From assembly GCA_963717145.1 (NCBI GenBank), contig OY970325.1, positions 3,616,001 through 3,680,000 on the forward strand: a DNA stretch of 64,000 bases. The letters are read 5' to 3'. Below the pieces are notes generated by a model. It did not search any database, was not told where the DNA came from, and worked only from the letters and a program-made list of their open reading frames with translations. Origin of the DNA: an uncultured Armatimonadetes bacterium. GTDB lineage: Bacteria > Armatimonadota > UBA5829 > DTJY01. Shown in pieces: positions 1 to 9,191 of the stretch (the stretch's first letter is position 1; every line of letters starts with the position of its first letter). Position numbers and translations under genes: made by a program.

Positions 1-45
1 TGCGCCGCAGACCGCGATCAAGATCAGTGTTGCCGTTCTCCTCAT
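1..45 (-). CDS. 5' end of a secreted protein running off the window (MRRTATLILIAVCGA...)
   Basis: ATG at 45 preceded by GGAGG; signal-peptide-like sequence; only 15 codons visible. Confidence 0.5.
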   Translation of the reverse strand, partial: MRRTATLILIAVCGA

Positions 46-146
46 GCGCTCTCATACCTCCTCGGGAAGGTGGCTCATTCTAACATACAACCCCGGCGGT
101 CGCAAGAACGAAAGTGAGACAGGATCGACATGCCCTCCTTGGCGAA

Positions 147-178
147 AGAGGGGGGCCGCAGGCTGCGGACCCCCTCTC
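147..178 (-). terminator. GC-rich hairpin, probable terminator of the amidase gene
   Basis: AGAGGGGGGCCGCA-GGC-TGCGGACCCCCTCT imperfect inverted repeat ~30 nt after stop at 211; short U-tract on minus strand. Confidence 0.55.
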
Positions 179-210
179 TGCTCTTCGAGCTTTACCTTGG
201 ACCTAATAGA

Positions 211-3200
211 CTAGTTGTACTCGATATTGTACTGAGTGAAGTCAGCGTAGCTCGAGAAGTTGCTCGTTCTGGTCACGAACTGCCTGACCCTCATCTCACC
301 CGTAGCCGAGATGTAGTTGAGCGGACTGGTCGTGTTCCAGGAGACCAGCACGTCGGTCGCGCCAACGGTCCTGCTGTCTATCTGCACCCATGCCGATGTG
401 GTGAAGTTGTACAGGTACAACACCTGGGTCAGCGAGGCAGACAGATGGCTGTCGAAGTTGATCGTCAGCTTGGTAACACTGGTCCGAGGCTCAGCGATCG
501 TCACCGAGCTGTACCAGTCGACCTGGCGAGCCGAACCCACCTTGACCGAGTTGATCCTCAGGTACGAGGCGTCATTGGCGCCGAGGTTCGTCACGCTCCC
601 CGAGCCAATCGATCCTCTGGTGATCGTGATGGCGGTCGGCGCGTAGTCCTTGGTCTGGGGCCCGCTCGGAGGAGTCGTGACCACGTCCGGGGCGCTCTGA
701 GCCGACTCGTTCAGGGCCGCATCATACGCGCTTACGGTGTAGCTGTAAGTGGTATTCGGCGAGCAGGTCGTGTCGGAGTAGCTGGCCGTTGGACTCGTTC
801 CGACCTGGGCGCTGTCCCGGAATACCTTGTAGCCGGTCACTCCGACGTTGTCGGTCGAGGCGGTCCAAGTCAGGTCGACGCGGGTGCCTGAGATCGCCGT
901 CGCGTTCAGGTTCGTCGGCACGGTGGGAGCCTCTGTATCCGGCCCACCGCTGACCTGGAAGAACCTGGCGGCATCGGCCATGACTACCAGACTCGCCTCA
1001 CCGGTGGCATTCCCGACCTTGAGGTAGCCCGCTGTACCCGTCAGGAACGACTTGTTGCTGACCAGTACATGCCATGCCCCGCCACCGGACTGCTGGTTCA
1101 TGTTGACCTGCTGACTTCCACCGTTCCAGTACACGATGTACGGAGCAGCAGTCGTGCGGTTTGCGCCCGCAGGATACCAGCAGGAGACGTCGTAGCCGCC
1201 GGCCTCCTCGATGTTCGGACGCCATATCGCTGTGCCGGTCTCAGAGACCTGGGTACCGATGAAGCGGTAGTCGGCACCGTACTTGTCGACCGACGAAGTA
1301 CCCGTCGACCATGAGCCGGTGAAGGTCGCCTGCGGGTTGTCGATGATGAAGTCGGTGATCGCGGGAGTCGTCGCCTGAACAGGGGCACACTGTGCGCTCT
1401 CGTTCAGGGCGGCGTCGTATGCGCTCACCGCGTAGCTGTAGGTGGTGTTCGACGCGCAGGTCGTATCGGAGTATGAGGTGTTCGTCGTCGAGTTCAGATA
1501 TCCACCATTGCGGAAGACCTTGTAGCCGGCGACGCCAAAGTTGTCGGTCGAGGCGGTCCAGCTCAGGTTGATCTGGTTCGGTGAGACGGGTGTTGCAGAC
1601 AGGTTCGTCGGTACGGTCGGAGCCTCGGTATCAGGCGCGCCGCCGACCTGGATGCTCTTGGTCACGGTTGCGCCGAACCAGGTTACGCCGTCACGGACCA
1701 TCTGCCAGTCGGTGATGTACGGCCCTTCCACGCTCGGAGCTGTCAGGTTGAATGTGAAGGTGTAAGTCCCGCCCGGGTTGACCTCGCCTGATATCGTGTG
1801 GCGGGTCGTACCCGTGAACGGATCGGAGTCGCCGACCGCGCCGAGTCTGAACGACTTGGCCTCATTCCAGAGAACGCCTCGGTCGCGCAGGGTAATGCTC
1901 ACCTGTCGGACCTCGCTGGGGGCCATCGTCGCCGGGATGGTGTCGCTGACGTACTCGGACGAGTAGAAGCCCCACGTCGGGGTCGTCCCGAAGTACGTGC
2001 AGATGCCTCTGTAGATCCCCCACATCGCGCCGGAGGTCCAGAAGTGGTCCTTCATCTTGACCGCATCCAGGTCGCAGCTATCGTGGAAGCCAAGCTCGAT
2101 CAGGATGGCGGCCCGGTCCGGGATTCGTATCTCGCCATATGCGCCGTTCGAGTCATGCCGACCCCGATCTACCCAACCCGAGTCTCCGACCTCGTTCCTG
2201 ATGGCATTGATGAGGCTTGGGTGGACGGCGTTGGCAAGGTCGGAGCTGACTGTACACCACGCATTGTGCTCGGCAACACAGTCATAGTACGTGTCAGTGC
2301 CTGTCGGGCAGCTTCCGCCGTAGCAGTTGCCGGCCGAGCCATTCGTGTGCAGCGAGATGTAGATGTTCGTGTTGTCGTAGTCGGATGCGAGCGGCCTCGC
2401 ACGAATGTCGTCGCTTGATTCGCTGGCGCCATCACCGAGCGAACAGCCGCTATAGCTGCCGTAGACTGAACACGGATAGCCGACATTCTGCAGCCAGTAC
2501 GGGGAAGCCATCTTCCACCAGTCAAAGCCCAGGTACTGGCCAAAACCCTTGTCATGGCAGCGGACCTTCTTGACCAGCATACCGTCCGCCTCGAGGAACG
2601 ATGTGAGGTAGAGGGCGTGGTCGAGGTTGTGCAGGTCCTCTTCGCTGAGGGGCGCGCAGTAGACCGGCCGCTGGGTATACCACCCGCTGCCGTTCCAGAA
2701 GATGCCGTGGCCCGGCGACAGCGTGATGCTGCGACCCGAGAGCGAATCCGTACCGATGAGTCCATCCTCCGCCTTCACTCCATGAGGCTCGATGAACGGT
2801 GTCGGCTTCAGGAAGGTGGCGAGCGGCTCTCCCTCGACCAGGATGCGCAGGTCGATCTCGATGCCATAGTAATACAGTGTCCACTTCACCTGATTGAAGA
2901 TCGCCTCGATCCGCATTTCGTCCAGGCCGGACGATGTCAGCCTTCCTGAGAAGTTGACGATGTAGGTGTTGCCCTCGAGGCTCGTGTCGAGGACTACCGT
3001 GCCCCTGGGCACGGCGGACGAAAGACCGAGTGTCGCAAGCAGGCGCGACGGGCCTCCTGCAAGGGCATTGAGCGCCGAAACGGCGTCGGTTACAGCCGGG
3101 TTGTCAATCACAGTGACCTTTCCGAACTGATCGAGGTAACCTACGGGACCGGCGTGAGCTACTGTGGCGAGGAGAAGCAGACCCAGTAGCAGAGGCGCGA

Positions 3201-3228
3201 GACGGGGCGAAAGACGTATGCCTTTCAT
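211..3228 (-). CDS. Secreted modular N-acetylmuramoyl-L-alanine amidase: GerMN + Amidase_3 + NBR1-Ig-like + FN3 + golvesin-C-like + FN3 + C-terminal beta domain
   Basis: Signal peptide; GerMN-like N-terminus; amidase motifs LSPGHG, EEDLHN, ISLHTN, LIELGF; two FN3 repeats (DTEAPTVPTNL...WTASTDNxGVxGYKVFR); IIDN...MADAARF domain. Confidence 0.85.
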   Translation of the reverse strand: MKGIRLSPRLAPLLLGLLLLATVAHAGPVGYLDQFGKVTVIDNPAVTDAVSALNALAGGPSRLLATLGLSSAVPRGTVVLDTSLEGNTYIVNFSGRLTSSGLDEMRIEAIFNQVKWTLYYYGIEIDLRILVEGEPLATFLKPTPFIEPHGVKAEDGLIGTDSLSGRSITLSPGHGIFWNGSGWYTQRPVYCAPLSEEDLHNLDHALYLTSFLEADGMLVKKVRCHDKGFGQYLGFDWWKMASPYWLQNVGYPCSVYGSYSGCSLGDGASESSDDIRARPLASDYDNTNIYISLHTNGSAGNCYGGSCPTGTDTYYDCVAEHNAWCTVSSDLANAVHPSLINAIRNEVGDSGWVDRGRHDSNGAYGEIRIPDRAAILIELGFHDSCDLDAVKMKDHFWTSGAMWGIYRGICTYFGTTPTWGFYSSEYVSDTIPATMAPSEVRQVSITLRDRGVLWNEAKSFRLGAVGDSDPFTGTTRHTISGEVNPGGTYTFTFNLTAPSVEGPYITDWQMVRDGVTWFGATVTKSIQVGGAPDTEAPTVPTNLSATPVSPNQINLSWTASTDNFGVAGYKVFRNGGYLNSTTNTSYSDTTCASNTTYSYAVSAYDAALNESAQCAPVQATTPAITDFIIDNPQATFTGSWSTGTSSVDKYGADYRFIGTQVSETGTAIWRPNIEEAGGYDVSCWYPAGANRTTAAPYIVYWNGGSQQVNMNQQSGGGAWHVLVSNKSFLTGTAGYLKVGNATGEASLVVMADAARFFQVSGGPDTEAPTVPTNLNATAISGTRVDLTWTASTDNVGVTGYKVFRDSAQVGTSPTASYSDTTCSPNTTYSYTVSAYDAALNESAQSAPDVVTTPPSGPQTKDYAPTAITITRGSIGSGSVTNLGANDASYLRINSVKVGSARQVDWYSSVTIAEPRTSVTKLTINFDSHLSASLTQVLYLYNFTTSAWVQIDSRTVGATDVLVSWNTTSPLNYISATGEMRVRQFVTRTSNFSSYADFTQYNIEYN

Positions 3229-3347
3229 AAAGAATCCCTCCCATGAGATTTATCCACGCGGGCTTCAGGTGATCGCTGGTGGCCTTGGGAGAGCAATCGC
3301 GCTTTTTTGGTGGGAAACGATCCGTCTGATAGAAGCCTAGTGGCGTT
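3229..3347 (-). ncRNA. Candidate structured cis-regulatory 5' leader, copy 1
   Basis: Lies between sigma70 promoter and start codon; core GAUCGU...UCCCAAGGCCACCAGCGAUC (3271-3322) shared with copy 2; outer stem GGCUUC/GAAGCC. Confidence 0.5.
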
Positions 3348-3353
3348 GCGTCG

Positions 3354-3382
3354 AGTATATCAGAGGCACAGGCATCTGTAAA
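3354..3382 (-). promoter_or_regulatory. sigma70-type promoter of amidase 1
   Basis: TTTACA-N17-TATACT with TGn extended -10. Confidence 0.7.
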
Positions 3383-3422
3383 GAAGAAATTTGGCGGTGT
3401 TACCTTCGGCGGTAGAAGAGTA

Positions 3423-3448
3423 AGGGCCGGCTGGGATCAGCCGGCCCT
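3423..3448 (-). terminator. Hairpin terminator downstream of amidase 2
   Basis: Perfect 11-bp stem AGGGCCGGCTG-GGAT-CAGCCGGCCCT followed by a pyrimidine-rich tail on minus strand. Confidence 0.6.
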
Positions 3449-3483
3449 CTATCAACTTGCCCTCTGGTTTGAGGTCTATCGTC

Positions 3484-3581
3484 GATGCATCGGCAGCCAA
3501 GCCTCACGAGGCCGCCGATGCATCACACGTGTCGCTTGCCGATGCTTCGGCAGCAGAGCCTCGCGGCGCTGCCGATGCATC
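3484..3581. repeat. Two 41-nt REP-like hairpins GATGCwTCGGC...GCCGATGCATC (third copy at 48319-48359)
   Basis: Hairpins at 3484-3524 and 3541-3581; same length and similar arms as 48319-48359. Confidence 0.7.
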
Positions 3582-3592
3582 ACAGGCCTCGC

Positions 3593-5574
3593 TTACGGCT
3601 TGTACCACCTGATGGCGTCGGCCATGACGTTCTTGCCGGTGGTGGTCCAGCAGGAGAGCTTGACCTGGTTGCTGCCGGCAAGCATGCTCTGGGTGGTGAG
3701 CAAGTTCCAGTGCCCACCGTTGGTCTGCTGATTCACGCTGACGGTCTGTGTACCGCCGTTGTAGTAGACGATGTACGGAGCAGTCAGGGACCGGTTCGAT
3801 CCCTGAGGCCACCATGCGTGGACCTGGTATGCCCCCGCGCTCGGCAGACTGACTGCCCATGTTGCCGAATCGCTTGTCGCGGCGGTGCTCCTGTACCGGT
3901 AGTTCGAGCCGTACTTGTCCGTCGACGAGGTGCCGGTGAGCCAACTCGCCGAAGCGGTGAAGCCGGCCTGGGCGTTGTCCAGGATGACCTCGACCGGCCC
4001 GGTTCCTCCGACGACGATGGGCTGCGAGACGCTCGCGCCGAACCACGTCACCCCATCACGGACCATCTGCCAGTCGGTAGTGTACGTGCCCGGGGTCGTC
4101 GGGGCGGTCAGGGTGAAGTTGAACGTGTACTGACCGCTCGGCTCGACCTCGCCGGAGATCGTATGGCGAGTCGTGCCGGTGAACGGATCGGAATCACCGA
4201 CCGCTCCGAGCCTGTACGACCTTGCCTCCGACCAGAGAACGCCTCTGTTCCTCATCGTGACGCTGACCGATCGGACCTCGCCCGCGTTCATCGTGGACGG
4301 AATGGTGTGGCTGACTACCTCGGACGAGTAGAAGCCCCATACCGGGCTGGTGCCGAAGTAGGTGCAGATACCGGTGTACATGCCGTACATCGCCACTGAC
4401 TTGAACCAGTTGTCGCGGAAGTAGACGGCATCCTTCTCGCAGGTGTCATGGAAGCCGAGTTCCATCAGGATAGCGGCTCTGTCGGGGATGCGGATCTCGC
4501 CGTATGCTCCGTTGGAGTTGTGCTTGCCGCGATCTGTCCAACTACCATCGTAGTTGTTCCGGATGGCGTTGATGACTGCGGGATGAACCGCATTCGCCAG
4601 GTTTGTGCTGACGGTGCACCAGGAAGCATGCTCCGTGCCGCAGTCATAGTAGGTGTCCGTGCCGGTCGGGCAGCCACCGCCGTAGCAGTCGCCTGAGAGG
4701 CCGTTGGTGTGCAGCGAGATGTAGATGTTCGTGTTGTTGTAGTCCGCAGCAAGGGGCCTGGAGCGGATGTCATCGTTGATCTCGCTTGCACCGCTGCCGA
4801 GGGTGCGCGCCGGTCGAGCTGCCATACACAGAGCTTGGATAGCCCTGGTTCTGAAGCCAGTAGCACGCAGCCATCTCCCACCAGGGGTGGCCGGTCGAGT
4901 GGTTGCCCTGATTGAGGTTAGTGCAGCGGACCATCTGGACGCTCGCCGAGTCAGCCAGAAGGTGCTTCTCCAGATAGCGGATCATCTGAAGGTTGTGCAT
5001 GTCCTCCTGGTTCAGAGGCGCGCAGTAGACAGGTCGCTGGGTATACCGAGCCGCTGCCGTTCCAGAACCAGCCGTGTCCGGGCGACAGGGTGATGCTTCT
5101 GCCGCTGAGACTCGAGATGCTGCCCCCGCCATCCTCCGTAGCGCTTTTCGGTACGACATTCGGAGTCGGCGGCAGGAAGTCGGATAGCGGAGTGCCGTCA
5201 ACCAGGATACTGATGTCCACTTCGATGCCGTAGTACCACAGAGTGTACTTGACCTGCTCGAAGATGGCCGAGACCCTGGCTTCATCCAGACCCGCCGTCA
5301 GGCGGCTGGTGAAGTTCACGATAGCGGTGTTGTCCTCTATCGCGAAGTCGATGACTTTGGTACCCCTCGGCACCGCCGAAGTCAGCCCCAACGCGGAAAG
5401 AGTCCGCTGCGGACCTCCGGCGAGAGCATTGAGCGCCGATAACGCGTCCGTCACTGCCGGATTGTCGATAACGACGCCCTTCCCGAACTGGTCCAGATAG
5501 ACCACGGGACCGGCGCAGGCTGCTGTGGCGATAAGCAAGCAGCCCAGGAGCACGAGCAGAAGAGTGCCTTTCAC
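3593..5574 (-). CDS. Second GerMN-amidase paralog (GerMN + Amidase_3 + NBR1-Ig-like + golvesin-C-like, no FN3); two apparent frameshifts (~5050, ~4810)
   Basis: ORFs 4951-5574, 4770-5285 and 3593-4825 join into a protein collinear with 211-3228 (GPVVYLDQFGK, YTQRPVYCAPL, ISLHTNG, LMELGFHD). Confidence 0.8.
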
Positions 5575-5701
5575 TTACATCCCTCCCATGTTTATTGTCG
5601 CTCGACGGCTTGGGGACGATCGCTGGTGGCCATGGGATTTCTCGGATGCAACCCGATTCGTTGTGGAAAACGATCTACTTTGGGCTCTGCGAGCAACTGC
5701 T
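5575..5701 (-). ncRNA. Candidate structured cis-regulatory 5' leader, copy 2
   Basis: Core GAUCGU...UCCCAUGGCCACCAGCGAUC (5618-5675); outer stem GUUGCUCG/CGAGCGAC; same position relative to promoter and RBS as copy 1. Confidence 0.5.
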
Positions 5702-5707
5702 GCGACG

Positions 5708-5736
5708 ATTCTATACCAGCGATTGCCCGCTGTCAA
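5708..5736 (-). promoter_or_regulatory. sigma70-type promoter of amidase 2
   Basis: TTGACA-N17-TAGAAT. Confidence 0.75.
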
Positions 5737-5759
5737 CAAGTTTTTTGGGAGCGGCTACT

Positions 5760-5829
5760 GTAGGGGCGAAGCATTGGCCACGCATATCCGAGCAACCTTG
5801 CGTCCGTTGGGCGAATGCTTCGCCCCTAC
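5760..5829. repeat. GTAG-type REP doublet
   Basis: 16-bp inverted repeat GTAGGGGCGAAGCATT...AATGCTTCGCCCCTAC; same arms at 46246-46362. Confidence 0.8.
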
Positions 5830-5912
5830 TCCGATGATGTTGGCGCCCAAAGGAAGGAACACGCCGTAACGGTATCAAATAAGATAGTAATGCGTTACTC
5901 GGAGGTGCCGGC

Positions 5913-7802
5913 GTGCGTTTACTTGTGATTCTGGCGGTATTGGCTGTCATAGCGTGCAGAGCCGATGCTGCGAAACTCGAGATCGTTGCTGACGGGAAGT
6001 CTGATTACTCGATCATCATCCCTTCGAATCCATCTCCCGCCGAGGAGTTGGCGGCGAGTGAGCTGTCGAAGTATCTGGAGCAGATGTCCGGGGCGAAGCT
6101 CCCCGTGTCGAAGCGATCGTCGAAGTTCCCCCCCAGGCATGCCATCGTTATCGGAAGTGTCGACTCCTTCCCCGAGGGACTGCCGCTGATCCGTGGCGGC
6201 AACAATGACAGCGACTGCTTCGGGATCGGCATCGGCGATGAGCGCCTGGATATCGTCGGCGTCCGGGACCGGGCCACTCTGAACGCGGTGTACGAATTCC
6301 TGCGGCTGCTCGGATGCCGTTGGCTCGCGCCGAAGTTCGATCACTACAAGGGCACAGCAGAGTTCGTCCCGTCGAAACCGACGATCGTGTATCAGGCCGA
6401 CGAAGACTACCTCCATGATCCGCAGTTCAAGATTCGCAAGCTCTACGTCGAGGAGGGCCACTCCCACAACGCCGAGAACCTGGCTCAGCTCGTCGAGTGG
6501 ATGCCCAAGGCGCGGTACAATATGCTGGTAATCCCGATGAACTATCAGGGCGGAGACCGCGTGAAGTGGGACAACTGGCGCGAGAAGGTCGCGCCCGAGC
6601 TTCAGAAGCGCGACATCACGATCGAGGTCGGCGGTCACGGCTACCAGAACTTCCTGAACGCCGAGATGGAGGATGGAAAGCTCTTCGACAAGCATCCCGA
6701 GTGGTTCGGCATGGATGACAAGGGCGAGCGGGTGAAGTCCCACGGCCGGGTGATCTGCACCTCCAACCCCGAGCCTGTGGCATATCTGACGGCCAACTTC
6801 ATCGGGTATCTGAAGGAACGGCCCGAGATCCAGGTCTTCGCTCTCTGGCCGCCGGATGGAGGAACCTGGTGCGAATGTGACAAGTGCCTCCCGATGGGCA
6901 CTCCGGCGAACCGTCAGTCGATCCTCCTATCGCAGGTGAAGGCCGAGGTGTCCAAGGTCCGGCCGGATGTGCGGCTCGAGACGATCGCCTACCACAGGAC
7001 GATCGCGCCGCCGGAGTCGTTCCCGATGGACAAGGACACTCTGATCGACATCTGCCCGATCGCTCAGTGCTTCGAGTACCAGATCTACGACGACCGTTCC
7101 GACGTGAACGCGGGATACGTCAGCAATATCAGAGCCTGGCGAAAGGCATTCGAGGGCGACATCAGCATCTATTCCTACTACCGCAAGTACGCATGGAAGT
7201 CGCTGCCGGTCGTCTTCCCACAGTACATTCAGAAGGACCTTATCTTCTACGACGACGAGGGAGTTCACGGCATTTCCTCCTACGCTGAGCCGGGCGACTG
7301 GTTCACCTACGAGTTGAACCACTACTGCCTCTCGCGCCTGGCGGAGGACCCGAAGCAGAACGTCAATCGGCTCATCGGCGAGTTCTGCGAGGCCCGATAC
7401 GGCGAATCGAGCGGTGTGATCGCCGGAGTCCTGCTCGATCTCGGCAACATCACACGGCGGTACTGCAGCATCCCGGGGACATCGCTGAAATCCGCGGTTG
7501 AGATCGCCGAACAGCAGGGGAAGGCCGCGCAGCTCGCGGAGTCGGTCAAGGCCGAGATCGGTCGGACGAAGGACGCGGACGCATCATTCAACCTGAACCG
7601 CCTGCTCCTGATGATCGAGTACGCGCAGAGGGACCTGGAGATCCAGCACAATCGCGCATCGAAGGCTCCGGTCGAAGAGACGAAGAAGCTGATCGCCGAT
7701 CTGTCCGCCTTCCTCGAGAAGCACAAGGACGACGGCGTGTTCGTCTTCCACGCCCGGACCGAGATACCACGCCTCGGAGCCGGCTACGGAATCAAAGAAT
7801 AG
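5913..7802 (+). CDS. Secreted DUF4838-family protein (putative glycoside hydrolase-like)
   Basis: Signal peptide; AASELSKYLEQMSGAKLP, GCRW, HPEWF, CxCxxC, YYRKY; GGAGG RBS; paralog at 46480. Confidence 0.75.
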   Translation: MRLLVILAVLAVIACRADAAKLEIVADGKSDYSIIIPSNPSPAEELAASELSKYLEQMSGAKLPVSKRSSKFPPRHAIVIGSVDSFPEGLPLIRGGNNDSDCFGIGIGDERLDIVGVRDRATLNAVYEFLRLLGCRWLAPKFDHYKGTAEFVPSKPTIVYQADEDYLHDPQFKIRKLYVEEGHSHNAENLAQLVEWMPKARYNMLVIPMNYQGGDRVKWDNWREKVAPELQKRDITIEVGGHGYQNFLNAEMEDGKLFDKHPEWFGMDDKGERVKSHGRVICTSNPEPVAYLTANFIGYLKERPEIQVFALWPPDGGTWCECDKCLPMGTPANRQSILLSQVKAEVSKVRPDVRLETIAYHRTIAPPESFPMDKDTLIDICPIAQCFEYQIYDDRSDVNAGYVSNIRAWRKAFEGDISIYSYYRKYAWKSLPVVFPQYIQKDLIFYDDEGVHGISSYAEPGDWFTYELNHYCLSRLAEDPKQNVNRLIGEFCEARYGESSGVIAGVLLDLGNITRRYCSIPGTSLKSAVEIAEQQGKAAQLAESVKAEIGRTKDADASFNLNRLLLMIEYAQRDLEIQHNRASKAPVEETKKLIADLSAFLEKHKDDGVFVFHARTEIPRLGAGYGIKE

Positions 7803-7994
7803 AACGCAGAGGCACGGAAGCAGAGGGAAAGCACAAAGAAGCACTGATCAGGAAACCAGGAATAGAGGAAGCCAGGAATCGGAGAAGGGAACGGCAGAAA
7901 TCCCGAATTCCCCCTCCCTTCCTGCCTTCCTGGCTTCCTAATAGAAATTCCGTATCCTTCTGTGTTTCCTCCGTCTTCTGTGTTTCTGTGTTCC
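7803..7994. repeat. Nested degenerate inverted short-repeat element
   Basis: Purine-rich arm (ACGCAGAGGCACGGAAG..., AGGAAACCAGGAA/AGGAAGCCAGGAA) mirrored by TTCCTGCCTTCCTGGCTTCCT and CTTCTGTGTTTC repeats. Confidence 0.6.
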
Positions 7995-8008
7995 AATGGA
8001 GGTTTCGC

Positions 8009-9142
8009 ATGGAAAGGCGTGAGTTCATGAAAACCGCAGGCCTGGGAGCGTTGGGAGTCATGCTGGCGGGGAACGGCGTACTGGCCGCCGATGAGAAGAA
8101 GATCCGGTGGGGGCTCGTAGGGACCGGCAAGCGGTGCGTTCAGCACATCAAGGTCATCCAGAAGATGCCCCAGTCCCGGATCGTCGCTCTGTGCGACATC
8201 CAGCAGGCCCGGCTCGACTCCGCCGCCGCCATGTGCAAGGCCGATCCGCCCACCGGCTACTCCGACTACAAGGAACTCCTGAAGCGCGACGACCTCGATG
8301 TCATCCTCGTCGCGACCCCGAACTACGTCCACCATGAGGTCGTGATCGCCGCCCTCAATAGCGGACGGCCCGTCCTCACCGAGAAGCCGATGGGCATCAC
8401 GGTCGCCGAGTGCAACGACATGATCGCGACGGCGAAGAAGTCCGGCAAGACGCTGCAGGTCGGCCTCCAGCTCAGGTACGCGCCCTTCTACCAGAAGGTC
8501 CACTCGCTCCTGCGCGACGGCACGATCGGCAAGCTGAAGTTCGTCTGGTTCAGCGAGTTCCGAGGCGACTGGGCGAAGCAGAGCACCGATCCGGAGATCG
8601 ACAACAAGATCAACTGGCGGTTCTATAACAAGCTCAGCGGCGGGACGCTCCTGGAGAAGAGCTGCCACTACTTCGACCTGTTCAACTGGTTCGTCGGCAC
8701 GAAGGCGCTCCGGGTGACCGGCATGGGCGGCATCAACTACTACTCGAACGGCCGGGAGACGCTCGATCACGCGAGCATCGTCATCGAGTACGAGGGCGAC
8801 TGTAAGGCGACCCACGGCCTCTCGATGTACAGCCCGCACGGCCAGGGATTCAGGCTGATCGGCGAGACCGGCGCGCTCGACCTCGACTGGGAGACCGGAG
8901 CGATCAACCTGCTGCGGCTGGGCAAGCAGCCGGAAGTCGTGAAGGCGGATGTCGCAAATCAGGACACCGGCGGGCACATCGGCACCTTCGAGATGCACCA
9001 GTCGTTCCTGGAGTGCCTCCGGACCGGCAAGCCGCCGCTCACCGACCCCGAGGTCGGCAAGGAGTCGATCCGAGTGGGCCTCGCGGCTGAACTTGCGGTC
9101 AAGGAGAAGCGCTGGGTCGAGATGAAGGAGATCGAGGCCTGA
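8009..9142 (+). CDS. Tat-exported Gfo/Idh/MocA family oxidoreductase
   Basis: MERREFMK twin-arginine signal; GLVGTG, TEKPM, GGTLLEKSCHYFD; ATG 8009 follows GGAGG. Confidence 0.9.
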   Translation: MERREFMKTAGLGALGVMLAGNGVLAADEKKIRWGLVGTGKRCVQHIKVIQKMPQSRIVALCDIQQARLDSAAAMCKADPPTGYSDYKELLKRDDLDVILVATPNYVHHEVVIAALNSGRPVLTEKPMGITVAECNDMIATAKKSGKTLQVGLQLRYAPFYQKVHSLLRDGTIGKLKFVWFSEFRGDWAKQSTDPEIDNKINWRFYNKLSGGTLLEKSCHYFDLFNWFVGTKALRVTGMGGINYYSNGRETLDHASIVIEYEGDCKATHGLSMYSPHGQGFRLIGETGALDLDWETGAINLLRLGKQPEVVKADVANQDTGGHIGTFEMHQSFLECLRTGKPPLTDPEVGKESIRVGLAAELAVKEKRWVEMKEIEA

Positions 9143-9191
9143 CCTCCCCTTCCTACTCATACTCCTAATCGTAATCGTACTCGCGATCGAG

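Noticed and set aside
3271-3322. c-di-AMP (ydaO) riboswitch upstream of cell-wall hydrolases
   Set aside because: The ATCGCTG similarity is on the antisense strand and the GGGGGA/GGUGAA/CCCG..AGCUAAC elements are absent
3484-3581. CRISPR array
   Set aside because: Units are inverted hairpins, only two are adjacent, with no regular repeat-spacer pattern and no cas genes
5886-5899. AGTAATGCGTTACT palindrome as a LacI-type operator
   Set aside because: Single short imperfect instance with no cognate regulator nearby
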